From: Azolla caroliniana
Taxonomy: Eukaryota; Plantae; Polypodiophyta
Direction: 5' to 3'
Length of the DNA stretch: 64,000 nucleotides
Assembly: GCA_043228905.1 (NCBI GenBank)
Contig: JBHGNT010000001.1
Span: 10,292,001-10,356,000, forward strand
Part shown: positions 11,301-24,673 of the stretch, piece by piece
How positions within the stretch are numbered: position 1 is the stretch's first letter
Layout of the letters: every line of letters begins with the position of its first letter
Notes under the pieces: model-generated
The model's input: the letters and a program-made list of their open reading frames with translations, nothing else
Told to the model about the DNA's origin: nothing
The model's database searches: none
Translations under genes and position numbers: made by a program

Positions 11301-14300
11301 TCAAAAACCAGTATGATTAGCAGACATTGTTAAATAAAAAAGAAGACAAATGAAATCTTTATTCTATCACTATCGCAGGCATCAAACCGGATTTTTCTTG
11401 TTCTAGAATTTTGTGCTGGAGGTGACTTAGGTGCTTTTATCCAGAAGCATGGAAAAGTATCAGACGCAGTTGCCAAACATTTTATGCGCCAGTTAGGTAT
11501 GCGTTGATGCTCAAAAAGTTTTTATGTTTAAACCATTTTCTACTTTGGCATTTTGGAAGATAGAGGGTATTCAATAGTTCTTGTACATCTTTTGCATCTC
11601 GTCAATGATACCGATTTTAGATATCTCTGCATTCATGAAAGACTGTAGTTGTCCATATTCCTCAGGGTTTCCTTCCAGGCTATTCACAGAAATAAAGGAT
11701 GCTGATTGTCTTAAGAACTTTATTCTATGCATTCTTGGCATTACACATCTCTTATATTGTTGTTGTATAGGTGCTGGTTTACAAGTTCTTCGAACAAACA
11801 ATCTTATGCATAGGGACTTGAAGCCTCAGGTTGTTGATTTCTCATACCATTCACTTTCTGATTATCTTATTTAAATGCTAATACAACCTTTCTATTTGTA
11901 GAATCTTCTTTTATCGACAAGTGATAGTAATGCATCGCTCAAAATAGCAGATTTTGGCTTTGCAAGGTGGCTTTGGAATCTTTTGATTTGGTCCTTGTGC
12001 TGAATTTGTTTTATGGTGCTCTAAAACTTTCACAATCCAAAGATGTTGAAACCAGCCTTTTGCAGATCATTGCAGCCTCAAGGGATGGCTGAAACACTAT
12101 GCGGATCTCCTTTGTACATGGCACCAGAGATTCTACAGTCAAAAAAGTATGATGCCAAGGTATTGTAAAGTTGTTCATTCCTTTTCTTAGCTTTTGTTAT
12201 ACCATAAATGGGAACTGTCTATAGTGTCATTCGGATAAAAAGGAATCATTGTAATCTGAAAGATTTTTAACTTCCTTTTTTTGCTGAGGCTCTTATGCAA
12301 TATGGAGGTGTGGCAATTGTGCTACATAGCAAAATAAGTGTAGTATTTGCTGTTAACTAGTCGATACAGTAGTCAAACTTGTGTTCAGAGTCATCATGTT
12401 CCATAGAAACATTCTTGTTTGCACATCTTATGCATTAAGGTGATTCGTACTTCAGTCAATAATCAAAAGAGTCACAATTATGTAAACTAGGAAACATCAT
12501 AGGTCTAAAACAATAAGATGCAGATTGTGCCATGTATGATGATTTTTGTTCCAGCAGGATATTGAAATCTATTTGTAGTCTGATTCTGGCAATATCCCCT
12601 GCCAACTCGGGGTTTTTGTGACTATTGACATGTCAAGATTAGAATGGTCCAAGCCTTTAAAACTTTTATGATAGGAGCCTTTGGAATTCTGAGCTTAGCT
12701 CAGTGTGACATTCATATCTAGAAGTTGGAACAAACTAGAAACCAACAGAAAACACCAAATCTTTTCAGCATGCATTGATCTTCTCTCCAAAAACACACTT
12801 TACTTTAAGACTGTTTACTTTGAGACATGTAAGATGCAGCCACAAAAAGAGGAGATAATATAGCTGAGAAGCTCTATTATTAAGTTTCTAAGAAGTATTT
12901 TGTTCTTGGACAGGCTGATTTGTGGAGTGTTGGGACAATTCTTTATCAACTAGTAACTGGACAGCCACCCTTTTTGGGTCAGAGCCCATTCCAGGTGCTT
13001 CTCAAAATCTAGCACTTGCCTTTGCATCGATATTACTTTCTGTTAAATCTAGATTTTGCTATTGTGCAGCTGCTCCAAAATATTCAAAAATCAAATGAGC
13101 TTCGTTTTCCACCTTCGGTTGCCAGAGAACTGCATCCCGAATGCATTGATCTTTGCCGAAAACTTCTAAGAAAGGATCCAGGTTTCCAACATTCCTTTGA
13201 AACCGATTTGACATGAAATTGGAACAAAGAACATACTAAAATTTATGGAAAGGATTTTGGTTCTTAAGACTGAGTTTTAAAGTAAAGTTACAAAAACTGT
13301 TTGGTCCATCAACTGTCACGCCTCTCCCTTTCTCTTCCAGTATGACCATGCCAATTTATTACCTGGTTGTGTTTTCAGCTACATGCTGTCACCTATGCTC
13401 CTTTTTTCCTCTATGCCTGCTGCCAGAGCCAGGGAGAAATAATTGACCTGTTCTTTGCATTAACTGAATACCATTTAGTCAATCCCACAGAATTGCCTTT
13501 AGAAGATAATACTGCAATGAATGATTACTTGGTCAAGGTCTGCCATGAACTAAATATGTTCAATCTCTGAAAATATTGTTCTTGAGTGTTTTACTTAGGC
13601 TGCCTCTGTATTTTGTAGAAGGGCCCGCAGAAATATTTAGGACTTCTAGTAGCTGTTTTTTTCATCACACTGATCTATTTCTCAATTAGCTGTCAATTGT
13701 ACTACTGGAGTCTGTTTACTCGTACAACTATACCTTTTCACTATATGTTGTAGTTCAAAAAAGTATATATCGTAACTTCCACAAAGGGGAAATTTTAATG
13801 TTTTAGATTTAGTGGTATAATGGATTTGTGTGTGAGAATGTCAGAAAACAGAATTATGTGTGCATATAAAGGTCCTCTGAAACATCTATGTACAAACATA
13901 AGATATAAAGATGTTGCACGGCTTTTTAGCGTTTTTGGTTATTGATAGCGTTTATAATCTTCTTGGCAGTGGAACGGCTGTCCTTCGAGGAATTTTTCAA
14001 TCACAGCTTCATTGCTGAGCCAATCAAGTAATCTCTTAAATCATGATTTATATTTTTCTAGCAACTTTCACCATTGCATAGGACAAAACTTGAAATAAAT
14101 TTGCATATTAGTAAATGCATTCTACATGAATCATGAGCAATGTATACTCAATCATGCATACAAGGATGGGTGTTTACACATACTAAACTGAACGATTTGG
14201 GTAGTGTAGGCATCAGATGAGCAGCAGCAATTTGGAGGAGATATTGTCACCTCCTGCAGCGAAATTCACTCAAGATGAAGCAATGCCGTTTTTGCTTGAT

Positions 14301-15825
14301 GAGGAGCAGCATCTTGTTTCGAGCCCGTCAAGTATAAACACGGTTTTTAGTAGAAGTCCCAAGGGAAATAATGTTGATTTCCTGGAGCCAAAGGAAACTA
14401 GCCTTGGATTGACAAGTAGGGAAAATGTGAAAGTTAAAACAAGCAAGCCAATTTCTGCCCAAAGCAGTTCATTCAGAGCAGATCAAGGTGGATTTTTAAC
14501 AACCCATTCAAAAGGTATCTTTATTCTTTATGTTTGAGATTAGTTTTAGTTGCTATTATATACATATTAAACCAACCACTTTGTCTTTTACACCAGGAGC
14601 TCTCATGGACTCCGACGATTATGTTCTTGTTAGTGTACCTGTTTCATCAACAGACATAAGCTCATTCTCACCAAGTGACCAATTTACAGACCCAGAGAAT
14701 CAATCGCCATCCAAATGTGCTTCGAAGAACTCCCTTTCCGCTCGTAATTCTGCAGGTGGAATTATCAAGAATAATAATCCTTCAATTTCTCATGCGGCTT
14801 GGAACTCTATTGATGTAGTGGGAGAGGCGACATCATCATTTCCCATAAGATTGTATGGATTACATAAGTGTGCCCAAACCATTTCAGAGTTGGCTAATGA
14901 AAAGGCAAATCTCGATATAATTTAGTACCTCACAATTTTTTGATCCATCTCTATGACAAACCACCAAATTAGAGTTGAGTTCTTACAGTAGTATTTGCTC
15001 TTTTATGCAGTATGCTGCTAGACAACATTTGGAAGCATTCTCAATACAATTGGTATGCTTAGCTTTGTGGAAGGAGGCGTTGAGCTTGCAACAAAGAGAT
15101 GGGTCTCTTAAAACAATCAGTGAAGCTGATCACAAGCTATTTCTACCTTTCTTGGTTGAGTCAGATGATGGTGGCACTGAAGCAGTACATTCCAGCGTAA
15201 GGTACCACTTCCCACTGGCGGTAGAGCGAGCAGAGGAATTTGCTCCACTTCTGTATTCTTTGGATGGTATGTCCACATTACAGCATCTTTTTATTTCTTC
15301 GAACAGTAGGTTTCATGGATCCCTGATTTTCTTGTGTAATTGCAGGTGATACTGAGATCCCTGATGCTATGGATCTCATATTTCAGTATGCTTTGGCAAA
15401 AGGAAGAAGTGCAGCTGTATATAACGACATACCCCTACCATTTTTTTCATGTTAATTATCATGCTAGTAAATGATAGCTAATTAAATAATCGATCCAAAT
15501 TGGGCGCTAGTTCAACTAATTAATTAGATCACTTTGTTATGCCTAAGGAAATGTTTATTAAGCCCAAGTATTGATCATTCACTCATTTAATCAAATGTAG
15601 GTCAATGAACTCATGGGAAACTTTGCAGATGCAGCCCTGGCCTATTCTAAAGCAGCAATAATGCTATACTTTCTCCTTGTTGAAGCAATAATCTTGCCAT
15701 CAGCACCTTTGGTTTTAGATCATTCTGATAGGCAGCGACTTCACAACTACATCGAGATTCTTGTGACAAGACAAAAGTTATGCGCTGCTCAAAAGATAGA
15801 TTCCAATCAACTGCAAGAAGGTTAG
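8384..15825 (+). CDS. ATG1: Serine/threonine kinase ATG1 (autophagy initiation), 13 exons
   Basis: Exons 8384-8614, 11379-11496, 11771-11829, 11902-11966, 12066-12159, 12914-12994, 13070-13181, 13970-14027, 14210-14514, 14597-14904, 15011-15266, 15346-15416 and 15601-15825 join in frame. Motifs: [42 protein letters not shown], the AIM-like DYVLV, and C-terminal [10 protein letters not shown] and [12 protein letters not shown] typical of plant ATG1. Confidence 0.93.
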
Positions 15826-18161
15826 TTTCCTAGATTGATGGGTAGTATTTTCAGAGGAAATTATATTCATTCCTATTTATCATTTGGATCATACTTTATA
15901 AAGTGAATTGAAGGGGTTAAAAAGGTAGTGTTTAGGTAATTATTTGATTCTGTACATATTTGTACAAAAAGGTGGTTTTGTAAATAACATGTGTCTATAT
16001 TGATTCAATATATTTGTAATTAAAGCCACGAGATCCAGTTGGATTTGCAAATGCATCATCTGGTTCAACCACCCAATCACAAAAAGGTTTACAGTGTATT
16101 ATAAGTTTTAATCACCCCAGCACTGTTAATTTAACTGTGTCGTAAGGAAGAAAGATAGGTTAGTCAAGTCCTTTTAATGTAAAGCTCTGTCAGAATTTGT
16201 GAAATAAGAACTGATAAGAAACCTCAAGGAGGATTATGGGTGTCTCAGAAATTGATTTCCGTAATGTTTTGACATGGTTTAAGTGACTATATTCATTTTC
16301 AGCTAGAACGTTCATGGTTCCAACTTGATATATGAGTATGAAAAACTACTCAATTATTGGTGTTGCTAAATTGTTATATGAAAGTTAAAACAATCCTTAC
16401 GTTTCCTAACATTGTTGGTGTTGTTTGATCTATGGCGCCTTGCTTTACAACTCATATCTGTGTTGTAGTGGCTTCATGTCCATTTAGTCGGGTCTGCGAG
16501 AACTAAATAACATGAAACTAATCATGTGCCTCATTGACAGATTTTCATCTTGTTAGATGTAAGTTTGTTTTCATGTTTTTGTTAATCCCACTGGCATAGA
16601 CTAGCTTCTGCCTGTTGAGTAAACCCAAGAGGAGCAACTAGCAAGCATTGACCCACCCCGAAACTCCCGTATGACAAACTAGGTCCTTGATATGAGCATA
16701 TGCCTACTCTCCTTCAACCCTAGCTGATTATGATGAGCACAAAAAGGAAAGAATTTGGTTCCTGTAGCTTCAAAGATGTGCATGCCATGCCGTGCAGGAA
16801 TAGAACGCTAGATATGACCATTGAGAAATTTCCATTTCTCAAAAGTGTGTTTTGTTGAAGTACCTTGGTTGGCCATTCAACATTCTCTCTTACTTTTAGA
16901 AACTAGTGGTCTACTTGGGGTGGAAGTTTCTTGCAATATTTTGTAATGAACATCCTTATAAAATGATGTGTCTATACAAGAAGAACCACCTAGTTAAATG
17001 GGCAACATGCATAAAGCTCTAAAAGATTAATAGCACAGCTTTGACATGACCGCATTAACCTTTCTTGAATGACATATGTAAGTCCATTAAAACTTGTAAT
17101 GCAAACATAGTCTCAACTTCCATAGAATCTATGCATACCAATGTAGGACTTAAAAGTGTTTTATTAATCCTAATCAAGCTAGTGAATAAACCCAACTCCA
17201 ACCAAACTTGCAAAGAATATGAACTTTGGCTCCTTTAGTGAGAACTCATAATTGAAAGCCTTAGATGTCCACGTTTAGGCCTAGTTTTTTTATGAAATCA
17301 AGACATGACACAACGCCAACCTTTGTGAATGAGGACTTGTTCTCTACAACTTCGCCATCCGTAGTCGTTCCTTAAGGATACATTAAGATAAGGCTAATGA
17401 TGATTGAAGGCTAATAATGATACTTTAGTGATAGTGAGAACCTAGCACACCTACCAAAGAAAGGTTGTGATAAAATATTGACCTTACCTTTAGATGTTTC
17501 CTGAACAAAGCCTTTAATAAAACATCAAGTCTATCTCACCATAGTAGATTCTTAGGTTGGAACTAGTTGGCTCTCTTGCTAAGATGTTAAGGCATGCAAT
17601 TTTTGTGCTTAAATGTTTGATCTTGATGGTTATGAGGAGCATTGTTCATCTTTGAAAACCATGTACACCTTTGAAAACCATATATGAGAATACATTAGTT
17701 CTTGGTATAACACACACTCACTCACTCACTCACTCACACAATCACATTAATTTTAAACATTCTTTCATTTCTTTAAAATGTATGACTTACATGATTGCTT
17801 CAATTAAATGTGGCATTTTTTGTGATAAGTCACCCTTGTTCGCGTAACAAAAACATCCATTTATTAACCAAGTAACAAAAATCTATGAGATGTTCCTCCA
17901 CAAGGACAGTAGCATTCTGGTCATAGGAGAACAAGTTTTGTATCTAGGAGGCCAGGAGGCCCATGTTAGTGGAACTTCCTTGAGAAGCAAAACACACATT
18001 TTTGGGCATGTAATCTTGCATCTCTCCAAGACATTGCATATGTTAAATAAGTTTGTCTTGTAGGACTAGAATAGATTCAAGAAAGAAACATCCATATTGT
18101 AAGGAGTTTTTTTTTTCCAAAAAAAACTCCTTCCATTAGTTATAAAATTTTACATATGCGA

Positions 18162-18700
18162 TTAATATATACAAATTGCTATAGGGACGCGATAGGTCCA
18201 CCTTATGTGGATGCCCACTGACTCAATAAAGGGGGAGGTCGACCATTGCTGGATGAAGGCTAGTCGTTGTCTTTCAACTCCATCGGAGTCGCCCTTGAGG
18301 CCATCGTATTGGCTTTTTAGAGTGGCTACAACTTCACTCCATATCTCTTGCATTAACACTATTGGCTGTGCGGTTTGGTTGGAGAGGACCCCTCTACACT
18401 GTTGTTTCCATAGAGTCCAAAGAGTTATTGGGCTGACCAATTCCAACACAACTTGAGATTTGGCATTGATAGGAGTTGAGTGGACATTGTCGATGGTGGA
18501 GAAAAAAACCTCTTGTGCTTTTATCACCAAAGCCATCCCCTCCTGATGCTCGTATCTGTCAGTTGTGTAAGGAGGAGTTCTATAAGGTAACAAGTTCACA
18601 TTGGAATTTTTTTGAACTTATGTGTTTGAATATAAAACCCTCTCACCTCTCACAAAAAACCCTCCACCTTTGTTTAGTGTAGACATCCTCTTTGGAGTTG
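18162..18700 (-). mobile_element. Degenerate non-LTR (L1-like LINE) ORF2 C-terminal fragment
   Basis: ITLWTLWKQQCRGVL..IWSEVVATL resembles the post-RT C-terminal region of plant L1 ORF2. No splice context; boundaries approximate. Confidence 0.6.
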
Positions 18701-20631
18701 AAGGTGTTGCATCCTCTTTGGAGTTAAAAGTATAAACTTTGAGTTGCCCGAGAATAATGACAAAAAAATATTAAGATGTCTATGAACAAATAATTTCAAT
18801 TGATTGAGAGTAAGGATTGTTATGGTAATTTCAATCCAACCTTGCATGATGAGATTAAAATATGGAGGTATCAAGAAATGCACTTGAAGGTTTGCTAGTT
18901 GATATTGAGTTCATAGTAACTTTCAAATATTCTATTATTAGTGGTACATACTACATATACTATGAAATGCAAGGTACACCACAATATACCTCCAAACTTT
19001 AAGATGTCTTAAAATAATTACCTTTAACTTCGGGATTTACATTACAAATTATTCCAACTGATTTGGATGAAAAAGTGTTATTTAGTCATGAAATTATTAT
19101 TACTCGAGTGTTGTTTGGTTATGAAAAACCCCATTCCATTTTTTGAAAAAAAAAAAACCATTCCAATGTACAATGTTGCTTGAAGTACTTAAGTTGGATG
19201 CCTGAATTCTCACTGGGGCAAGAATTCCCTTCTAGAAATTAGGCATAAGCAAAAAATAATGGGCATCAATAGGTGCTTGCCAAGGATTTCCTGTAATCCA
19301 AGCTACGAAGTGGAGGAGTGATCCACGATTGAGAAGAAGATATTCATCTTGAGCATGGTATATTGGACATTGCCATTGGAGCAACCCATGACCCACCCAA
19401 TGACTCTTGAATGTACACTTAGATATTTTTGAAGTACTCACCAGAACTTTGAGAGTGTTGTTAGACTAAGTATGTAATGCTTCTGATCTATGGATATGAA
19501 CTTCAATTCGAATTGTAGTACAGTCCTTAATAGCTAATTAACTCATGGAGTGGTTGTCCCACCACCTCAAAATGGAGGAGCCACACAATCATCTGCTCTT
19601 TTTTAATTCACATTCCGTGGTGGAAACAATTAAGCATTGGAAACTTGATTCCCAACCAACAAGCAAAGGTGCAGGATTTATTCGATGGATACATGGGTTT
19701 GTAATGCATTGGGTGGTGTGTGTAATGCTTGAGGTAAGAGATTCTAAGCTAGCGAGCAAAACTAGAGAAAGGGTAGTAGTAGGTACTTTCAAGAAAGTGG
19801 TGAGGGTACTACTACTTTTTTTGTTGTTTGTGGAGAGTTGACATGTACTTTGTAGTGTTTTGGGGAGGGATGGGGGGGTAAAAAGTGGAGGGTATTTTTA
19901 TGATTACTTTTGTTGCACGAGGAGTCTACACAATCATGAATCATCATACCAATCCTATGCTACTATATATACACATATACATACATATATGTATGTTATA
20001 TTAATATATATACAACATGCTATTATTACATGATGAATGTAGAGCTATGTTTATGGACATAGCCATAGCCAATAGCCATCTGTCTATGTATGTGGCTATC
20101 TAATCCATCTCATCTATGTGTCTAAAGATTTGGAAGAATCTCATTAGATTTGGCCTACCAGCCACCCCACCCCACCCCAAAAAAAAAGAGGACAAATAAA
20201 TAAATAGTGTAGAAATAAGCATCTGAGAATGAATGAATGGGAAGGGAAAAAAAACTACCTCCCAATTTCCAAACCTCTCACAAAGCAAAAAGCAAAAAGC
20301 AAAAAGCAAAAAAACAAGAGGATCCAAAAAAATATAAAATGAATATACCATTCTCTTCTTCTTCTTCTTCTTCTTTTTTGCGCTTTTTGTTTATTTCCCA
20401 AACTACCCCTGTGACTCCACCTCCTTCTGTTTCTATTTTATTCTATTTAAAAAAAATAAAAAAATACAATTTAAGTTCCAATTTTCTGTAATTTCTCTAA
20501 AAGCCAAAGATGGAAAAGAAGAAGGAAAAAAAAAAAAGAATTAAAAAAAATAAAGCGTAGGCTTGGTGACGCCATCATCATCATTGTCATCATCAACCTC
20601 ACTGTGCACACTCTCTGTACATTCTCTCTCT

Positions 20632-20679
<48 letters not shown>

Positions 20680-20776
20680 CTGTTCTGTTCTGTTTCCCCA
20701 TGGCTATTTACCATCACCACCACCACTACTACTACAGTTACTGTTGATTTTGTACATCCTCCCCTCTTGAAGCCTC

Positions 20777-20827
20777 ATGGATACAGAATTCAACTTCCGA
20801 AACCCTAACCCTAATTATGCTTCCTCC

Positions 20828-20862
<35 letters not shown>

Positions 20863-21514
20863 TTCTCTCTCCTTCGTCCGATCATCCATCCTCACCCACC
20901 TTTTCTGCAAGGATGAAGTGAACCCTGGCCACGATGTGCAGGAGGCTTGCCACATCCGGACATCCCGGCCCATCGCGAGTAGTTCGGAAATAACCCTCCA
21001 TAAACACCATCGCCGCCGGCAGAAGGGGAAGAAAGCAAGGAGCACTTTGAGCCAGCTCATAAGGTTACACAGTGGAGATGAAGGCAAAGCACATGTTGGA
21101 CCACATCAGAGGTCCACAGATCATAGGCATGGTGAGGGTAATGGTAATGCTGATATGGATGTGGATGTGGATGTGGATGTGCATGGTGATGGACATGTGG
21201 ATGTGCATGGTGATGGACATGTGCATGTGCATGGTGATGGACATGTGGATGTAGATAATGTAAATATGGATGTGGAGAATGGTGATGGTGATGGTGATGG
21301 TGATGGTGCTTTCATGGTGATGAAGCCCATGCTAGGCAAAGGCCATAGCAGGCCCAAGCATAAGGCCTTCCCCATCATGCCTCCTCACTTGCATAGACCC
21401 TCTCCTGCAAGTGTTAGTGTTGTCGATTTCCAAGGCTGCTTAGCTTCTTACTCTCAATTGCCCTTCAAGAAATTGAGCTTATCTTATCTAGGCTCCCAAA
21501 ACCTTAAGAAATAA
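20777..21514 (+). CDS. Orphan ORF: poly-Ser, basic patch, (H-G-D-G-H-V-D-V) repeats; C-terminus probably from antisense LINE
   Basis: 245-aa ORF behind a typical plant CT-microsatellite 5' leader (20620-20675). No domain recognised; may be a disrupted gene. Confidence 0.45.
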
Positions 21515-23300
21515 TCCTATGTCTTGCATTGCCATTGCCCCGGCCCCCCAACTGTATCTCTTATGTGATCAAGTGATCTCTCTGCATTCCAACTCATGGG
21601 AGTTTTCTTCTACTCACTTCATTCCAACCTTAATGCTGGTTATTGGGTCTCTTCACACACATCCCCCATCCACATCTTCGGACCTCCCTCCCTTCCGGGA
21701 GCTCTACCTTCCCCGAGTCCCGATAGTGGGATTTCCGCATATTCATTTCAATCGAGCACAATTGAAATCCTTTATTAGAGGGCAAGTGGTGAGACCTATG
21801 GTGGGAGATTCGACAATGTCTTGTAATTCCAATGATTACGAAGTCATCTAAGGAGGGTTCATGGGAGCGCAAGTCTAATTCCAGCATCCTCGGACTTGGG
21901 CCAATAACAATGGGACTATGGCCACCAGCCCTAATGTAAATGCCATATTGATGAAGTAGGTTAGACATCTAGCTGTGGCAATCTGTTGCCTCACAGGCAT
22001 TTTTAGCCTTAAAAGCATCGTTTGTAAATCATTGTTCCATTCCAGTCTAGATTGCAAGACCATGTTTGGGCTTAAAAAAGTGTAGGTCTCCTGGTTTGAA
22101 TAACCCCCAATTGTGGAGATCTCCGGGTGTGAATCACTCCCCAATCGAAGCCTTTACAGTGCTCAATTTCTATGTAAAGATAATCCCTATGTTCTAAACT
22201 TATTGTTATTGATGATGTTTCCTAACCCTTGTCACATCTCTTGTTTAGTGGTCCAAAAGGTAAGCACTACAAACTTTGGGTGGACGAACAAACGAAATTG
22301 ATCATTCACAACCATATTCATTTAGGAGTATGGTACACATTACAGCAAAGAATAATCGGACCAACTCCAACTCATGGCGTGTTTCTTTTGGCACATGCTT
22401 TTTACGCCGAAAACCATTGAAGATGTGGCATTGAAGGAAGGAACATTGCTTGTCCAGACTATCATGAAGCCTTACCAACTACCAAAGTAGTTGGAAGAGG
22501 ATTCAATACAAAATTTATTGTAAGAACTCTATTACATCCCCAGAGTGTGTCAGATGGAGCTGCCTCAATTGACTTCCTCCCCAAGAGATATACATTTATG
22601 AAATTAGAAAGGCCATCACAAATGATAGATAATTAGTTCAAGAGTGAGGAAAACAATCCACCAAAAAATAATGATGATTGATAACATTCAGAGGAGCACT
22701 TGAACATATTATTTAGAATGGGCATGATGTTTGGTATGAGAACACGATCTTTATAAGTGAACGAGAACCTTCAACGACTCCTGTAAATTTATAGAATCAA
22801 GGTGACTCTTCATGAAGATCCAAAATCACCAAGGAACTACCAATTACCATACCTTGGAATGGGCAATCTCATCATTAAGGGATTATCTTAAACAAGTGAT
22901 CACATTGGGAGGGAATTGCTGTGGTATGGCATTCTTTTATGATGCAACATTGTAGTTGGTTTAAACGGACGAAAATGCCAAGTTTGGCCATTTTGCCATC
23001 AGACAGAAGATTTTTTGAAGACCTAGAACATCCAAAACATCATGAAATATTCTTGTGGCTGGAAAAGCAGGAGGAAATGCTTTGAGTGTACTATCGTCAA
23101 GAAGATGTACTAATTTTCTTGAAAGTAGCAGAATGATAATTTTAAAAGCATTATGACTCATTCGCTGTATGTTCAAGTAGCACTAGGATCTACATTAAAT
23201 AGTTTATGGAGATCTCCTGTTGGGGGAGCAAAGATGTTTTGATAACTCTCGATGATCGTGCTGAAATTGAGAATTGATATGTCAAGCAAGCATATCCACT
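21310..23300 (-). mobile_element. Degenerate L1-like LINE (ORF1 remnant plus APE endonuclease part of ORF2), 3'-truncated
   Basis: Minus-strand frames give decayed APE-like motifs in the expected order: TIGGYSN (~IGGDFN, ~22110) and SHHLP (~SDHxP, ~21790). Many stops and frameshifts; boundaries approximate. Confidence 0.45.
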
Positions 23301-24476
23301 AGTACAATCCCAATCATATGTATGAGCGCAATCAAAAAGGCACTAATAGAAATAACCAAAGTGATCAGAAAGGCGCTAATAAAATAACCAAAGTTATTAT
23401 CAAATCGATGTTGAAGTTGCTTTTGGGTTTGCTTGGTAACATGACTATGATTTTTAGTATTTTTTTGTATACTCTTTAACGATAATAAGAAATAGTCCCC
23501 ACATACTTAAGAGGAAGCCATGATTTACCTTGATAATTCAGTACCATGACATGCTATGCATTGATTGCAAAAGGAGAAGCTATAAAATGTCTACAAGCTG
23601 CAACCTATGAGATGCAAATGCCAACTTTTGGAGGCCAAGAAAACTGAAAAGCTCCTTAGATAGGGAAAACACCAATAAACTACTTAAAGAAATTACCAAA
23701 GTAAATCCAGAATTTGAAATTGATTTTTAGTTTAATTGCCTAAATCACAGACCTGAAGAGTGTGGTTAGTTAATAGAGAATTCAAGGTGATTCACACTTC
23801 ACTAGCAATGATAATACTCAATTAAAGGGGGTTCTTTACACTTAGCTAGTAAAGTAATTATTGGGATTTCGTTTGGATGTTCATTGCCTCTTGTTTCAAA
23901 ATTAATGCTTGACCAGAGGTTATAAAAAATTGATTGGTACCATTATCACTCAATCAAGGGTATAACTAACGTTAGATCACAGCAATTAGTGCTTGACCAG
24001 GTAAGTTAGAGTTTTTCTTGTTTTAATTAGTGGTTATTTCAAGCACATGATTGCTTGATTAGAGATTATTGATCAACCATTTTGATTTGGGCTCCATCAT
24101 GTTTACAGCACATCAACCACAAAGTAGTTCACATCTCTCTGATTTAAAGAACAATTCTTACCTCAATTATTTAGCGAGAGAAAAGAGGGGCAAAATGAAA
24201 TTCTTTCCTTATAAAAACTGCAAAATGATGATATTGCCCATAAGTTAACAAGCTTAACCTTGCATTAATAATATTTCCATTTGCTTTGAAATTTTTAAAA
24301 GTAAACATTGAATACACAAAGATCATTGCTGTAAAGCGCCTCCATTACAGAAGTCACACATCATAAGCCAATTTTTCTCTTAACACACACGGGAGGTACT
24401 CTAAATTATCAGACCGAATGATCAATGGCTTCTTGAAATATCAATCATGACAATTCCAACGAACATGATTTTATAT

Positions 24477-24639
24477 TCAAGACTTAGACTTCTTTGATTT
24501 CTTCGAAGTTGCTGCCTCCTCAGGCATCTTGATTAACCTCAAGCGGGCCCCCTCTTTACAAGCTATTGTTGCTGCTTTCGACTCATTTGCTTGGTCTATG
24601 AACTTTTGAACTTCCTATACAAAAAACGTGAGCATTAGA

Positions 24640-24673
<34 letters not shown>

